Origin: a virus
Lineage: Duplodnaviria; Heunggongvirae; Uroviricota; Caudoviricetes
DNA: 64,000 bases
Reading direction: 5' to 3' (one strand)
Virus record (IMG/VR): IMGVR_UViG_3300028422_000701
Position 1 is the stretch's first letter. Each line of letters begins with the position of its first letter. Both the position numbers and the translations under genes were made by a program. Of the stretch, positions 1 to 10,151 are shown piece after piece. The notes below the pieces were generated by a model. That model saw nothing but the letters and a program-made list of their open reading frames with translations, made no database searches and was not told where the DNA came from.

Positions 1-4
1 ACAC

Positions 5-33
5 TTGTTTTTCGTACATATTAATGGTATAAT
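5..33 (+). promoter_or_regulatory. sigma-70-like early promoter TTGTTT-N17-TATAAT with TG extension
   Basis: ttgttt at 5-10, 17-nt spacer, tggtataat at 25-33; the same architecture recurs on the + strand. Confidence 0.5.
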
Positions 34-59
34 GTATTTAATAAAGGAGGGATTTAAAC

Positions 60-350
60 ATGGGAGAAAAAAATGTATGTGATATTATACTAGAATCACA
101 AAAAGTATTTAATAGTACTATAAATGATTTAATGTCATTACCACAAAGTGTTAAACGTGACACTGTTATTGGTTACACTCATTTTGTATGTGGTGCAATA
201 TTAATGGCAAATGAACGTAACTTACTTGGTGGTAGTACACGTGTTGTTGATGAGGATGACCCATATACTAGATATAATTACAACGAAGATGAAGAACCTT
301 ATTATGACGATGATGACGACACTTGTTTTTACAGCGGAGACGAAGATTAA
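60..350 (+). CDS. hypothetical protein with strongly acidic C-terminus
   Basis: ORF with RBS aaggagg upstream; C-terminal D/E-rich tail. Confidence 0.4.
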   Translation: MGEKNVCDIILESQKVFNSTINDLMSLPQSVKRDTVIGYTHFVCGAILMANERNLLGGSTRVVDEDDPYTRYNYNEDEEPYYDDDDDTCFYSGDED

Positions 351-1174
351 TAGTTTTGGAGGGAAATAAAATGGATAACTATGAAATTACAGGCAAAGAC
401 GTGTTAAAGATTACAGGAATTATATTAGGTATTGTTATATTCTTTATATTCCTATTTGGAAGTTTTAGAAGTATTAATGCTGGTGAAGTTGGCGTTAAGA
501 CAAGATTTGGTAAAGTTATAGGAACACAGTTAAATGAAGGTTTAAACTTTAAATTACCCATTGTAGAAAAGATTACTAAGATAAATGTTAAAGTTAATAA
601 ATATGAAATTACAGGTTCAGGAGCAAGTAAAGATTTACAGGATGTATCAATTGCAGTCGCAGTAAATTATAATGTTAATGCAGATAAAGCAACTGACCTA
701 TTTAAAAATGTAGGTACTAATTATGAAGTAACTATTATTGCACCTGCAGTACAAGAAGCAATTAAATCAGTTGTGTCATCTTACACTGCCGAAGAGCTTA
801 TTACTAAAAGAGCAGAAGTATCTTTAAAAATAAGTGAAGTACTTGAAAGTAAAACAGGTGACTACGGTCTAAACATTCAAACAATAAATATAACTAACTT
901 TAATTTTAGTGCTACTTACACGGCGGCTATTGAAGCAAAACAAGTTGCTGAAATGGAAGTTGCTACTGCTAAAAATAATTTAGAAAAAGCTAAAGTAGAA
1001 GCTGAAACAAAAGTTGTTGAAGCACAAGGAACTGCTGATGCTAATAAATTACTAGAAACAAGTTTAACACAGGAAATTATACAAAAAAGTTTTATTGAAA
1101 AATGGGATGGAAAGTTACCTACTGTATATGGTAGTAGCAACAGTATTCTTGATATCTCAGGATTAATTAAATAA
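323..1174 (+). CDS. SPFH/band-7 (prohibitin/HflKC-like) membrane protein
   Basis: N-terminal TM helix followed by GEVGVKTRFGKV band-7 core and a coiled-coil C-terminus. Confidence 0.6.
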   Translation: MFLQRRRRLIVLEGNKMDNYEITGKDVLKITGIILGIVIFFIFLFGSFRSINAGEVGVKTRFGKVIGTQLNEGLNFKLPIVEKITKINVKVNKYEITGSGASKDLQDVSIAVAVNYNVNADKATDLFKNVGTNYEVTIIAPAVQEAIKSVVSSYTAEELITKRAEVSLKISEVLESKTGDYGLNIQTINITNFNFSATYTAAIEAKQVAEMEVATAKNNLEKAKVEAETKVVEAQGTADANKLLETSLTQEIIQKSFIEKWDGKLPTVYGSSNSILDISGLIK

Positions 1175-1326
1175 GGAGGACAATATGGAACAAAATGAAA
1201 ACGAAAAGATTTTAAACATTTTACATAAGGCGTATAATGAAATACAAGCTTTAGGTAAAGACTTGCTTAATGGGTCAGATGAATATAAAGTACACCACGA
1301 TATGTTAGAGACAATGCAACTATTAA

Positions 1327-1704
1327 TTGATGCAGCAACTAACAGTCTTAATAAATAAGGAGGAAATTATGACTATTGAACAAATAAAAAAACTATGTTC
1401 TTTACAACATAAAGACATTTGTTATAAGGTAGTATTAAGTAATATGCCTTTTGCTTACACTGATTTGGACATTGGTAAATTAGAAAAGGATATGAAATTA
1501 AGGGAAGCTGCATTAAGCAATGAAGCTGAATTAGAAAAAATGGTAGACGAAATTGGTTTTGACACAATTGAAAAAACATTTACAGATAAAGAACTAATGG
1601 CAAACACAAAGTTTACTTACGAAGACCAACGTCAAGCATCTAAAGAAGCAATAGGGGAAGAATTAACCCTAGAAGAAGTTTTTAAAAAATATAATTTACT
1701 ATAA
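1327..1704 (+). CDS. hypothetical protein
   Basis: ORF with RBS aaggagg. Confidence 0.35.
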   Translation: MMQQLTVLINKEEIMTIEQIKKLCSLQHKDICYKVVLSNMPFAYTDLDIGKLEKDMKLREAALSNEAELEKMVDEIGFDTIEKTFTDKELMANTKFTYEDQRQASKEAIGEELTLEEVFKKYNLL

Positions 1705-1705
1705 A

Positions 1706-1730
1706 GAAAAGGTAAAACTTTTCTTTTTTT
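1706..1730 (+). terminator. rho-independent terminator
   Basis: gaaaag-gtaaaa-cttttc hairpin followed by T7 run. Confidence 0.5.
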
Positions 1731-1734
1731 AATA

Positions 1735-1763
1735 TTGTTTTATAACCCCATTTATGGTATAAT
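1735..1763 (+). promoter_or_regulatory. early promoter TTGTTT-N17-TATAAT
   Basis: ttgttt 1735-1740, tataat 1758-1763, TGG extension. Confidence 0.5.
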
Positions 1764-1845
1764 TATATTAATAAAGGAGGTAGGTTATAGGTGGTAAAAA
1801 TAACCACAAAAGATAATTTAAAACTAATATTAAAAGGAGAGAAAG

Positions 1846-3042
1846 ATGAAAAATAAAGAATTAGAAGAATTACTTACAAAAGTTAAACAGTATGCTAAGG
1901 ACAGGGGAGACCTTGTTGCTTCAACACCTCATGTATTTGCTGTAATATTAAAAGAAAATAAAAAGTATTGTAATATGTTGGATATAGACTTTAGTGAATA
2001 TGAAACTATATTTAAGCTTGAATATCCAGTAACTGACGTTAATACTAAGAATGCAGTTGTAATTGATGATACATTACAAACTTATATAGAACTTAGTACC
2101 ACAGTAGCTGATTTACTTTATACCTTAATGACAGAACGTAATGATGGTATGGATTTACTATTATGTATAACATCTTCAAATCGTTGTATTAGGTTAACTG
2201 ACTCATTGTCAAAACAACAATCAACATTAAGAAATATGCCAAAATATTTAACTAACTTGAATACAAAAAAATATGTTACTAATCCAGCTATTGGAAGAGA
2301 AGTACTTTTGGAGGAAATTGAAAAAACATTACTTAAAATGAATAAACCAAATGTGTTATTAGTTGGTGAAGCAGGTGTAGGTAAAACTGCAGTTGTTGAA
2401 GGACTTGTGTATAGAATACAAAATGGAGAGGTTAGTAATAGGTTAAAAGATGCAATAGTGTTTGGTGTAGCAACTTCTACATTAGTAGCAGGAACTAAAT
2501 ACCGTGGTGAGTTCGAAGAAAGAGTGGATAATTTATGTAAATTCTTGTCAACAGTACCTAATTCAATTTTATTTGTAGACGAAATGCACACAACATTAAA
2601 TGCTGGTAAATCAGACGGTGCAATTGATATGGCTAATATACTTAAACCATATTTAGCTAGAGGTGAAATAAGAATGATAGGGGCTACTACTTTAACTGAA
2701 TCAGAAATAATTAAAAGTGACAGTGCTTATACTAGACGTTTTACAACTATGTTAGTAAAAGAACCACTACAACAAACAAGCTTGAAAATACTTGTACAAA
2801 GTTTACCTAAGTTTGAAAAATTCTTTGGGATTAAAATAGACGAGAACTTAATGCCTTACTTGGTAAAAGAAAGCAACAAACTTAATGGTAAGTTTCCAGA
2901 CGTATGTATAGATTTACTTGAAAACGTATGTGCTGATACTATATGGAATGAGGACAAGGACTTTAACAAAAAGGATATTGACCGTGTAGTAGAAAGACTT
3001 CTAGAAAAACAAGATATGTTAATAAAGGCAGGTGAAAAATAA
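1846..3042 (+). CDS. Clp ATPase-like protein (ClpA/B/C N-domain plus first AAA+ module only)
   Basis: LLVGEAGVGKTAVVEGLVYRIQNGEV Walker A and flanking ClpABC D1 signature; ends after D1. Confidence 0.6.
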   Translation: MKNKELEELLTKVKQYAKDRGDLVASTPHVFAVILKENKKYCNMLDIDFSEYETIFKLEYPVTDVNTKNAVVIDDTLQTYIELSTTVADLLYTLMTERNDGMDLLLCITSSNRCIRLTDSLSKQQSTLRNMPKYLTNLNTKKYVTNPAIGREVLLEEIEKTLLKMNKPNVLLVGEAGVGKTAVVEGLVYRIQNGEVSNRLKDAIVFGVATSTLVAGTKYRGEFEERVDNLCKFLSTVPNSILFVDEMHTTLNAGKSDGAIDMANILKPYLARGEIRMIGATTLTESEIIKSDSAYTRRFTTMLVKEPLQQTSLKILVQSLPKFEKFFGIKIDENLMPYLVKESNKLNGKFPDVCIDLLENVCADTIWNEDKDFNKKDIDRVVERLLEKQDMLIKAGEK

Positions 3043-3361
3043 AATGTGTAGATATTGTACTTCTAACCTTAAACGAAGAAAACCAATACAAAAAGATAAA
3101 ACTAGATATATAAGGGTTATGCCTTCTAATAATGCAATACAAACTAATATATATTGGGATAATAATGACTATGGAGCACAGTTCTATATTAAGTATTGTC
3201 CAATGTGTGGTAGACAATTAGTAGGTAAACCAAGAAGTTTTAAACTAGTAAGACCTGTTAAATACACGGACCTAGCACAAGGATTGATTATGTGTAATAT
3301 AATAGTGTATGCTATGGTAATGTATGCAATATTATTGACTATATTTTTTGGAGGTAAATAA
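3032..3361 (+). CDS. zinc-ribbon protein with C-terminal TM segment
   Basis: CRYC...CPMC pairs; hydrophobic C-terminus. Confidence 0.35.
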   Translation: MKNKMCRYCTSNLKRRKPIQKDKTRYIRVMPSNNAIQTNIYWDNNDYGAQFYIKYCPMCGRQLVGKPRSFKLVRPVKYTDLAQGLIMCNIIVYAMVMYAILLTIFFGGK

Positions 3362-4092
3362 TGGAAAATAATGAATTAGAACCAAAAGTATTTTTTGACT
3401 ATTTAAAAAGTAAAAAACAAGGTATAACTGACGAAGACTTAACTAAGTTTTATGACGGTTGTTTACAACTTGTACATAAACATGAAATAACTGGACAAAA
3501 GAAAATAATTAATAAACTTGCATTTTTAGTTAATTGTGTAGACAGGGAAAGAGAGATAGTTAAACTAGGTATTAACACATTCGTATACAAGGACGATATT
3601 GAAGAGTATATTGACAATGTATCTAAAAACACTGTTAAAATAATAGAACTAGAAAACTACCCTAGAGAAATACCTGACGAGATTGTAAGTGTTATTGAAA
3701 AAACTAAAACTATATTTGATAAAATGTATGTAGTATTTACTGACTATACGGGTAGAGTTGAAAAACAAGTAGCTAAAGAACGTAGAGATAAAGACCCTAT
3801 ACTATTTGGAACATTTCAAAAGGAACTAAAAGGTGTACAAGGTCGTAACGTACAATATATTGTTAATGATAGGTTTTACTTTTTAGGAGATTGGGAAGAC
3901 GAATATTGTGATTTAACTATGGATAAGTTTTTAAATGAAGCTGGTAAAGAAAAATTAAAAACAATAGGTACACCAACTAATCCTGATTCAATTAAAGCTG
4001 AACTTAATAGACTTGACGCTGGTTTAAATATTACTACTCCTGAACCAAAACAAACTTGGTTTAAGAACATAACAAGTGTATTTAAAAAATGA
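3361..4092 (+). CDS. hypothetical protein
   Basis: ORF, ATGA overlap with the next gene. Confidence 0.4.
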   Translation: MENNELEPKVFFDYLKSKKQGITDEDLTKFYDGCLQLVHKHEITGQKKIINKLAFLVNCVDREREIVKLGINTFVYKDDIEEYIDNVSKNTVKIIELENYPREIPDEIVSVIEKTKTIFDKMYVVFTDYTGRVEKQVAKERRDKDPILFGTFQKELKGVQGRNVQYIVNDRFYFLGDWEDEYCDLTMDKFLNEAGKEKLKTIGTPTNPDSIKAELNRLDAGLNITTPEPKQTWFKNITSVFKK

Positions 4093-4385
4093 GAACAAAT
4101 GTAGACTTAACTGAAAATAGAATGTTTACTGCCCCCTTTGGTTCAACATTTAATCTTAGGGGTGTGGTAATTCATATGGAAGAACTAAAAGATACAGGAG
4201 CTATTGCACAAGGTAGTGGGTATGAAAGACTAAGTAAAAAGTTATGTGAACAAGCTGATAGTAATGAAATATGTATTGCTTGTGGACGTCCTATACACCC
4301 TTATGAACATAATGATTTGTGTAAAAAGTGTGATGAACACATAACTGACAACTCTTTTAAAAATATAATAGGAGAAACTATATGA
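4089..4385 (+). CDS. hypothetical Cys-rich protein
   Basis: CIACGRP...CKKCDEH. Confidence 0.35.
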   Translation: MRTNVDLTENRMFTAPFGSTFNLRGVVIHMEELKDTGAIAQGSGYERLSKKLCEQADSNEICIACGRPIHPYEHNDLCKKCDEHITDNSFKNIIGETI

Positions 4386-4735
4386 TAGTAAAATTAACTG
4401 TTAATGACAACGACTTTAGCCAATTATTAGAACAATTTATTACCTACGTTTTTAAAGGAAAAATGAGATGTGGGGATATTGAGAAAGATTATAATTTTAT
4501 AACTTTAGGATTAAGATCAGATGAAAAGGAAAATAAAAAAATCATACTTAATTATTTAAAAGAAGTTTTTCCAATTTATCTAAAAAATTATCTATATGAT
4601 GATGTAGAACATACTACAGCTTACTTATTGTCAAATTTTAAAGTATCAATAGTAAATATATTTAATGATAATTTGGATGAAAATGGTGAATGTGTTTACT
4701 ATTTTGTACACCATAATATCTTTATAACTAAATAA
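4382..4735 (+). CDS. hypothetical protein
   Basis: ORF overlapping the upstream stop. Confidence 0.35.
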   Translation: MIVKLTVNDNDFSQLLEQFITYVFKGKMRCGDIEKDYNFITLGLRSDEKENKKIILNYLKEVFPIYLKNYLYDDVEHTTAYLLSNFKVSIVNIFNDNLDENGECVYYFVHHNIFITK

Positions 4736-4763
4736 AATAATCAGAAATGTTAGTTAAAATACT

Positions 4764-4791
4764 TGTATTTTTCACGTATTTGTGGTATACT
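4764..4791 (+). promoter_or_regulatory. promoter TTGTAT-N16-TATACT
   Basis: ttgtat 4764-4769, tgtggtatact extended -10. Confidence 0.4.
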
Positions 4792-4945
4792 ATAAATACG
4801 GGGGTACATAAAATATATTAGGTAGGATGGTGTTTATGGCAAGAATAAGAAGAATTAAAAAATACAAAACTAGATTAGGTTGGTTATTACCAGCTGCAAT
4901 CGTTTGGGGTTTTGGGGGTACAAAAAAGAAATCGAGGTAGGAAAA

Positions 4946-6583
4946 ATGGAATGTACTAAAAACTATATTAGGGATTATAATAAGAAAAAGGAAGAAATTA
5001 ATTTTGTTGATGTAATAAAACTAAATTCCGAGAGTATAACTAACATTGGAATTATTGAAAATAATATAAAAAATCTTCAAAAGGAAATTGTTAATCAAAA
5101 TAATTTATTAAGTGTATTTAATGAAAAAATGTATGAGAAGGATTATACTAAGTTAACTACCCCAACATATATTCATTATAATAATTCGAATTATTATAGT
5201 AACTATTATTATAATAAAGACACAGGGTTAAATGAAAATTCAGATAACATTGTACAAAATGAAGTTAATATTTATAACGTGGAAAAGAAAACTGGATTTA
5301 TAGAAATGGTTGAAGGATATTATTTTGACTTAGGTTGTGTAGTAACTAAAAAATATAAATATCAAATATCCGTAGATTGTTCAACTATTAAACTTACAAT
5401 GACCCACGGCGGTATTTATTCCATTTTTGAAAATAAATTCGCAAGAGTGGATATTAAAACTGGAGAGACTACTGGAGCAGATGAACTAAGGTACTACAAT
5501 GGGAATGCATTAAATATTAAATCAAAAGAATTTATTGACGAACTTTTTGGAGTTGATTACAAAGGTAACCTTACACTTAGTCAACATTTTGATTATTATA
5601 AAAGTAATAAAAGTTATGAAATAATTATTAAAACAGCTCCTAATGAAATAATGGATATATTAATAAAACATAAATATCAAAAAAGTGAACCTATACATAA
5701 ATTATTAGGTATTGAACCAAAAACATATAATAAACTAGTTGAAAATAATTTATTAAGTTTATTTATGGAGTGTAGTGACTTAGTTACCAACCAACAAGTT
5801 AAAGATATTTTAAGTAGACAATGTAATTTAAACATTACAGAAACTGAATGGTTAGATATATTACAAGAGTTTGACAACATGATTAAAGATTTTGAATTCT
5901 TTAATGTAGAGCCTGGATACAATACTTATTCATCTCGTGGTATTTTTGGATATAGAGATGGAATAGAAATAAATAATAAGTTTGTTGCAGAAACAATAGG
6001 TACTTACATAAATGATGACATACATAAATATTATGGTTTAAGAAAATTTATTGAATATGCTAAAAATTCGGTTATAGACCAAGGGTATACTAACCTTCAT
6101 TCATTTCTACACACATTGTCAGATTACCATAGAATGTGTAAAGAAATACAATACAAACCAATCACTTTTAGTAGTTACTTACAACAAACACATGATGTTA
6201 CTTCACGTAACTACCACATTGTAATTGAAGAAAAACAAGAAGAATGGTTTAATGAAAAATATCAAGATGTTAAACAATACAATGGTAATGACAAAGACGA
6301 ATATTTAATTACTTTCCCTAAGTGTAGTGGGGACTTAAAAGAAGAAGGAAGTAAATTAAATCACTGTGTAGCAAGTTATATTAAACGTGTTATAGACGGT
6401 CAATGTTTAATTATGTTTCTAAGGGATAAAAAGAATCCTAATGAAAGTTTAGTTACATTTGAAGTTAGGGATAACAATATTGTTCAAGTAAAAGGTATGC
6501 ATAATAGGAAGCCATTTGAAAACGAAATTAAGTTTTTAACTAAGTATGCAGAAGCAAAGGGTCTTGGGTTACAATTCAATTAA
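4946..6583 (+). CDS. large protein with PcfJ-like C-terminal domain
   Basis: ATG at 4946 preceded by ggtaggaaaa RBS; C-terminal SKLNHCVASYIKRVIDGQCLIMFLRDKKNP resembles the PcfJ-family core. Confidence 0.4.
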   Translation: MECTKNYIRDYNKKKEEINFVDVIKLNSESITNIGIIENNIKNLQKEIVNQNNLLSVFNEKMYEKDYTKLTTPTYIHYNNSNYYSNYYYNKDTGLNENSDNIVQNEVNIYNVEKKTGFIEMVEGYYFDLGCVVTKKYKYQISVDCSTIKLTMTHGGIYSIFENKFARVDIKTGETTGADELRYYNGNALNIKSKEFIDELFGVDYKGNLTLSQHFDYYKSNKSYEIIIKTAPNEIMDILIKHKYQKSEPIHKLLGIEPKTYNKLVENNLLSLFMECSDLVTNQQVKDILSRQCNLNITETEWLDILQEFDNMIKDFEFFNVEPGYNTYSSRGIFGYRDGIEINNKFVAETIGTYINDDIHKYYGLRKFIEYAKNSVIDQGYTNLHSFLHTLSDYHRMCKEIQYKPITFSSYLQQTHDVTSRNYHIVIEEKQEEWFNEKYQDVKQYNGNDKDEYLITFPKCSGDLKEEGSKLNHCVASYIKRVIDGQCLIMFLRDKKNPNESLVTFEVRDNNIVQVKGMHNRKPFENEIKFLTKYAEAKGLGLQFN

Positions 6584-6814
6584 CCCAACCTTTTCTTATA
6601 TATAGATCACATAAGAATTTTTAATTTTTGTGGTGTAAAATTAAACGAAACATACTGGGTGGTATATTTATGTACCCCCAATACAAAAGTAGTTTAAAAG
6701 CGCTTTAAATAAGGTAAAAAAGGGGGTGTTATTATTAATTTTTATAACAATATTAAGGGTAGTAAAAACTATTTCCAAACAAAACAATACTTCAATGTTT
6801 GGTATAAGTTCGAC

Positions 6815-7357
6815 GTGCCTTACAAAGATGGTAGTGGTAAAACGTTCTTACGAATATATAAAGATGGAACTATAAAAACTAAAGAAGGAAGAGTTTTAAA
6901 ACGCCGTAGACAAAAAGATGGTAATGGTAAATATTTCATTTTTGTAAAAATAAAACACAAAGGTGTTGAATATAATTTTGAATATGACAGGGTAATTTAT
7001 AAAGCTACACATCCTGAATGGGATTACAAAAGTAAGGAACGTGTACTACATAAAGACGACAATTTATTTAATTCGAGACCAAGTAACTTATATTTAGCTC
7101 CACCATATAAGAAACCTAAGAAGTATACAGTGGAAACGAAAAAACTTATGAGGTACTTATATAGGTACACTGAATTAAGTTTACGTGAGATAGGTGAAAT
7201 GCATGGGTGTACAAAACAATTAGTTTGGAAATTTGTGCATGAGGTCGAGGATGAAATTGGAAAAGATAAACTTAATCCTGAGAACTATCATGAAAAGTTT
7301 AAAACACAGCTCAAGTTTGACAAAGTAACGGGAAAATTTATTTCTAGAAATTCATAA
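6815..7357 (+). CDS. HNH (HNH_3-type) homing endonuclease with C-terminal HTH
   Basis: VLHKDDNLFNSRPSNLYLA HNH_3-like motif; sigma-70 region-4-like HTH LSLREIGEMHGCTKQLVWKFV. Confidence 0.5.
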   Translation: MPYKDGSGKTFLRIYKDGTIKTKEGRVLKRRRQKDGNGKYFIFVKIKHKGVEYNFEYDRVIYKATHPEWDYKSKERVLHKDDNLFNSRPSNLYLAPPYKKPKKYTVETKKLMRYLYRYTELSLREIGEMHGCTKQLVWKFVHEVEDEIGKDKLNPENYHEKFKTQLKFDKVTGKFISRNS

Positions 7358-7364
7358 TTTACTA

Positions 7365-7393
7365 TTTACAATCTGATATTAATATGTTATAAT
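7365..7393 (+). promoter_or_regulatory. promoter TTTACA-N17-TATAAT
   Basis: tttaca 7365-7370, tgttataat 7385-7393. Confidence 0.5.
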
Positions 7394-7621
7394 GTAAATA
7401 TCACTGAGGAATCAAACCGATTTTCTTAAGGAGGTATTTATGGAGATATTAAAAAGTCTTTATGAACTAGAACTTCTTATTGGATTAGTATCAACTATTA
7501 TTTTTATTTTGTTATTTAATAAATTATCAGAACTTAATAAAAAGTTAATAGTTAAATCAATAAGGGTATTATTAAATAAAGAATAATAATATTTAACCTA
7601 TTAATAGTGAGGAGGAATAAT

Positions 7622-8566
7622 ATGAATAAATATTTAAGTTTAGTACGTTACCCAAAAGATTTAGCAATAGATGCATTAAGTAGTTTTGACGAAATTACTG
7701 TTACTGAAAAAGTAGATGGGTCTAATGCAAGTTTTAAATTGAACAAAGATGGAGAAATTAAATGCTATAGTAGAACTATGGAATTAAAAGGTGAAAACGG
7801 ATTAAATGGTTTCAAACAGTGGGTGTTAAGTAATGTTAAAAAGGAAGATTTAATTCCTAATATTATTTATTTTGGTGAGTGGTTAACAAGACACAAGGTA
7901 GTTTATCCTGAGGAATGTTATAATAAGTTTTACTTATTTGACTTATATGATGAGGTAAGAAACATTTATATAAATCCTTTTAGCGTAACTAGTGTTATTA
8001 ACTTGGTACAACAAACAGAAGGAATGAAGTTTGCTCCTTGTTTATATGCAGGAAAGAACCAACCAATTAGTTTCCTTAAAGAGTTATTAAGTGAAAGTAA
8101 ATTAAGGGAAGGTATACCTGAAGGAATAGTTATTAAGGATTACGACTATAGAAATATTCATAAAGAACTAGTAATAGTTAAGTGGCTTAATGAAGAGTTT
8201 CAAGAGTTTACACCACAAAAACAACCAAAAGTAATAAAAGAATTAACAACTGAAGAGGATATAATGAACGTTTGGTGTTTAAGCACTGTCACACAAAATA
8301 GAGTTGATAAATCAATTTTAAAATTACAGGATGACAATATACTTGAACCAAAGTTGATTATAGACCACATGAAAGACTATATTAATTTAGTAAATAAATA
8401 TGTTTATGAAGATGTAGTTAAGGAAGAATTAGAAGGATTTTTAAGTGAAAACAAAACTATTATCACTGAAGAAGAAGTTCTAAAGTGGTTAGGTAAGTTT
8501 GTAAGTTCACACGTACCAAGAATGATTAAATATTATATTGGTACATTAAACAAAGAAGGAGAATAA
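7622..8566 (+). CDS. ATP-dependent RNA ligase, Rnl2-like
   Basis: nucleotidyltransferase motif I TEKVDGSN; motif IV EGIVIKDYD; RBS gaggagg before ATG 7622. Confidence 0.6.
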   Translation: MNKYLSLVRYPKDLAIDALSSFDEITVTEKVDGSNASFKLNKDGEIKCYSRTMELKGENGLNGFKQWVLSNVKKEDLIPNIIYFGEWLTRHKVVYPEECYNKFYLFDLYDEVRNIYINPFSVTSVINLVQQTEGMKFAPCLYAGKNQPISFLKELLSESKLREGIPEGIVIKDYDYRNIHKELVIVKWLNEEFQEFTPQKQPKVIKELTTEEDIMNVWCLSTVTQNRVDKSILKLQDDNILEPKLIIDHMKDYINLVNKYVYEDVVKEELEGFLSENKTIITEEEVLKWLGKFVSSHVPRMIKYYIGTLNKEGE

Positions 8567-8567
8567 T

Positions 8568-8996
8568 ATGAAAAAAGTTAAGTTAATTTATAATTGGAAA
8601 CATAATAATACAGTATACAAGGCATGGGATAAGATATATATTAGTTTAGAAGGTATTTTAAAGGATATGAATCTTGAAGATGAAAAAGTCGCTGACCTTT
8701 ACATAGCCTTATTAAAAGGTGAAGGTAAATGTACTTTTGAAGGAGTAAATATTGAAAAAATAATTGATACTACTAAAACAAGTACAAGTTCAGATACTAC
8801 GGTAAACCTTTTTAATAGTTTCCAAGATGCAGTTAAATTTATGACAAGTTTTAAAAAACAATATGGAGATAACTTTTTGTATACAAACTTTACTGATATT
8901 AAATATGATAAGGCATATCGTTTAGAAAATAAAAATAAGGATGCTGTTGAATCATTAGTATTACAAGATGTAACAGTTGCTTGTTTAAAAAAATAA
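8568..8996 (+). CDS. hypothetical protein
   Basis: ORF with RBS. Confidence 0.4.
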   Translation: MKKVKLIYNWKHNNTVYKAWDKIYISLEGILKDMNLEDEKVADLYIALLKGEGKCTFEGVNIEKIIDTTKTSTSSDTTVNLFNSFQDAVKFMTSFKKQYGDNFLYTNFTDIKYDKAYRLENKNKDAVESLVLQDVTVACLKK

Positions 8997-8997
8997 G

Positions 8998-10149
8998 ATG
9001 AATAAATATCGTAAACAATTTTTAAACGAAGTACATAATGATTTTAAAGGGGTTTATAAACATTTATGTGAATTAGAAAAGGATGGGTATATTAATATAA
9101 AACAACATGATACCTATCCTAATCTTAAACTTTTTAATTATACCGACCTATGTACATTTGAAAGGAAATGGGACTACTATACACTTAATTGTAGGGGTTT
9201 AGTACTTGACACAGACAAACAAGAAATTGTAGCCCTACCTTTTTTAAAATTCTTTAATTATAATGAATTTGATTCAGAACTTTGTAAACCACAAAATGAC
9301 AATTATGAAGTTTATGAAAAAGTTGATGGTAGTTTAGGTATTGGTTTTTGGTATAATGATAAGGTAATGTGGGCAACACGTGGTAGTTTCACAAGTACCC
9401 AAGCAATCAAAGCACAAGAAATGTGGGACAAAGAAGAACGTGATTACTGTGGTTACGGCTCTACTTTACTTGCAGAAATTGTATACCCTGAGAATAGAAT
9501 TATTATTGACTATGGTAAGTACGAGGGTTTAAAACTATTACAACAAATAGATAATAAAACAGGAAATGAATGCAGTTACGAAAGGTTATTAGAACTTAGA
9601 GATTATACTAACATTGACATAGCTAACAAAGAAGAAATAAACAGTATTGAACAACTTATTGAAAATATAAATAAATATAAAGGTACTGAAAGGGAAGGTT
9701 ATGTTTTAAAGTTTAAAGATTGTACTAGGTTAAAAATAAAGAACAAAGAATACTTAAATATTAATAGATTGGTATTTGGTATTAGTGATAGAAGTTTAAC
9801 CGAAAACTGGAGAGATGGTAAAGCTGAAGACTATTTAAGCTTAATACCTGAAGAGTTTACCGAGAGTATAAAAGAAAAGTTTCAGTTACTTGACAGTGCC
9901 TTATTATATTGGAAACTAGAAGTAGCAAGTGCAGTTAGGTTTATAAATCACTTTCATATTGAAAGAAAAAATGTACAAAAAGAATTAAGGACAATGTTTG
10001 ACCCAATAACTATTAATTGTGTGTTTGAACATTTTAAATGGCAAGAAACTTGTAATACAGTTTACACATATCCCTTACAAGATGCAGTTAACAAACTGTT
10101 AAGGGAACATATATATCGTAACTATAGAGAATATATTAAGGGGGAATAA
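8998..10149 (+). CDS. ATP-dependent RNA ligase, T4 Rnl1-like
   Basis: motif I EKVDGSLG (T4 RnlA has KEDGSL); motif IV EGYVLKF; motif V LKIKNKEY. Confidence 0.55.
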   Translation: MNKYRKQFLNEVHNDFKGVYKHLCELEKDGYINIKQHDTYPNLKLFNYTDLCTFERKWDYYTLNCRGLVLDTDKQEIVALPFLKFFNYNEFDSELCKPQNDNYEVYEKVDGSLGIGFWYNDKVMWATRGSFTSTQAIKAQEMWDKEERDYCGYGSTLLAEIVYPENRIIIDYGKYEGLKLLQQIDNKTGNECSYERLLELRDYTNIDIANKEEINSIEQLIENINKYKGTEREGYVLKFKDCTRLKIKNKEYLNINRLVFGISDRSLTENWRDGKAEDYLSLIPEEFTESIKEKFQLLDSALLYWKLEVASAVRFINHFHIERKNVQKELRTMFDPITINCVFEHFKWQETCNTVYTYPLQDAVNKLLREHIYRNYREYIKGE

Positions 10150-10151
10150 TT

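Noticed and set aside
2118-2591. Antisense or out-of-frame ORFs nested inside long genes (for example 2118-2591, 16080-16478, 35871-36314, 46633-46974, 56370-56579, 61187-61716)
   Set aside because: Fully contained in well-supported genes on the opposite strand, low-complexity translations, no RBS.
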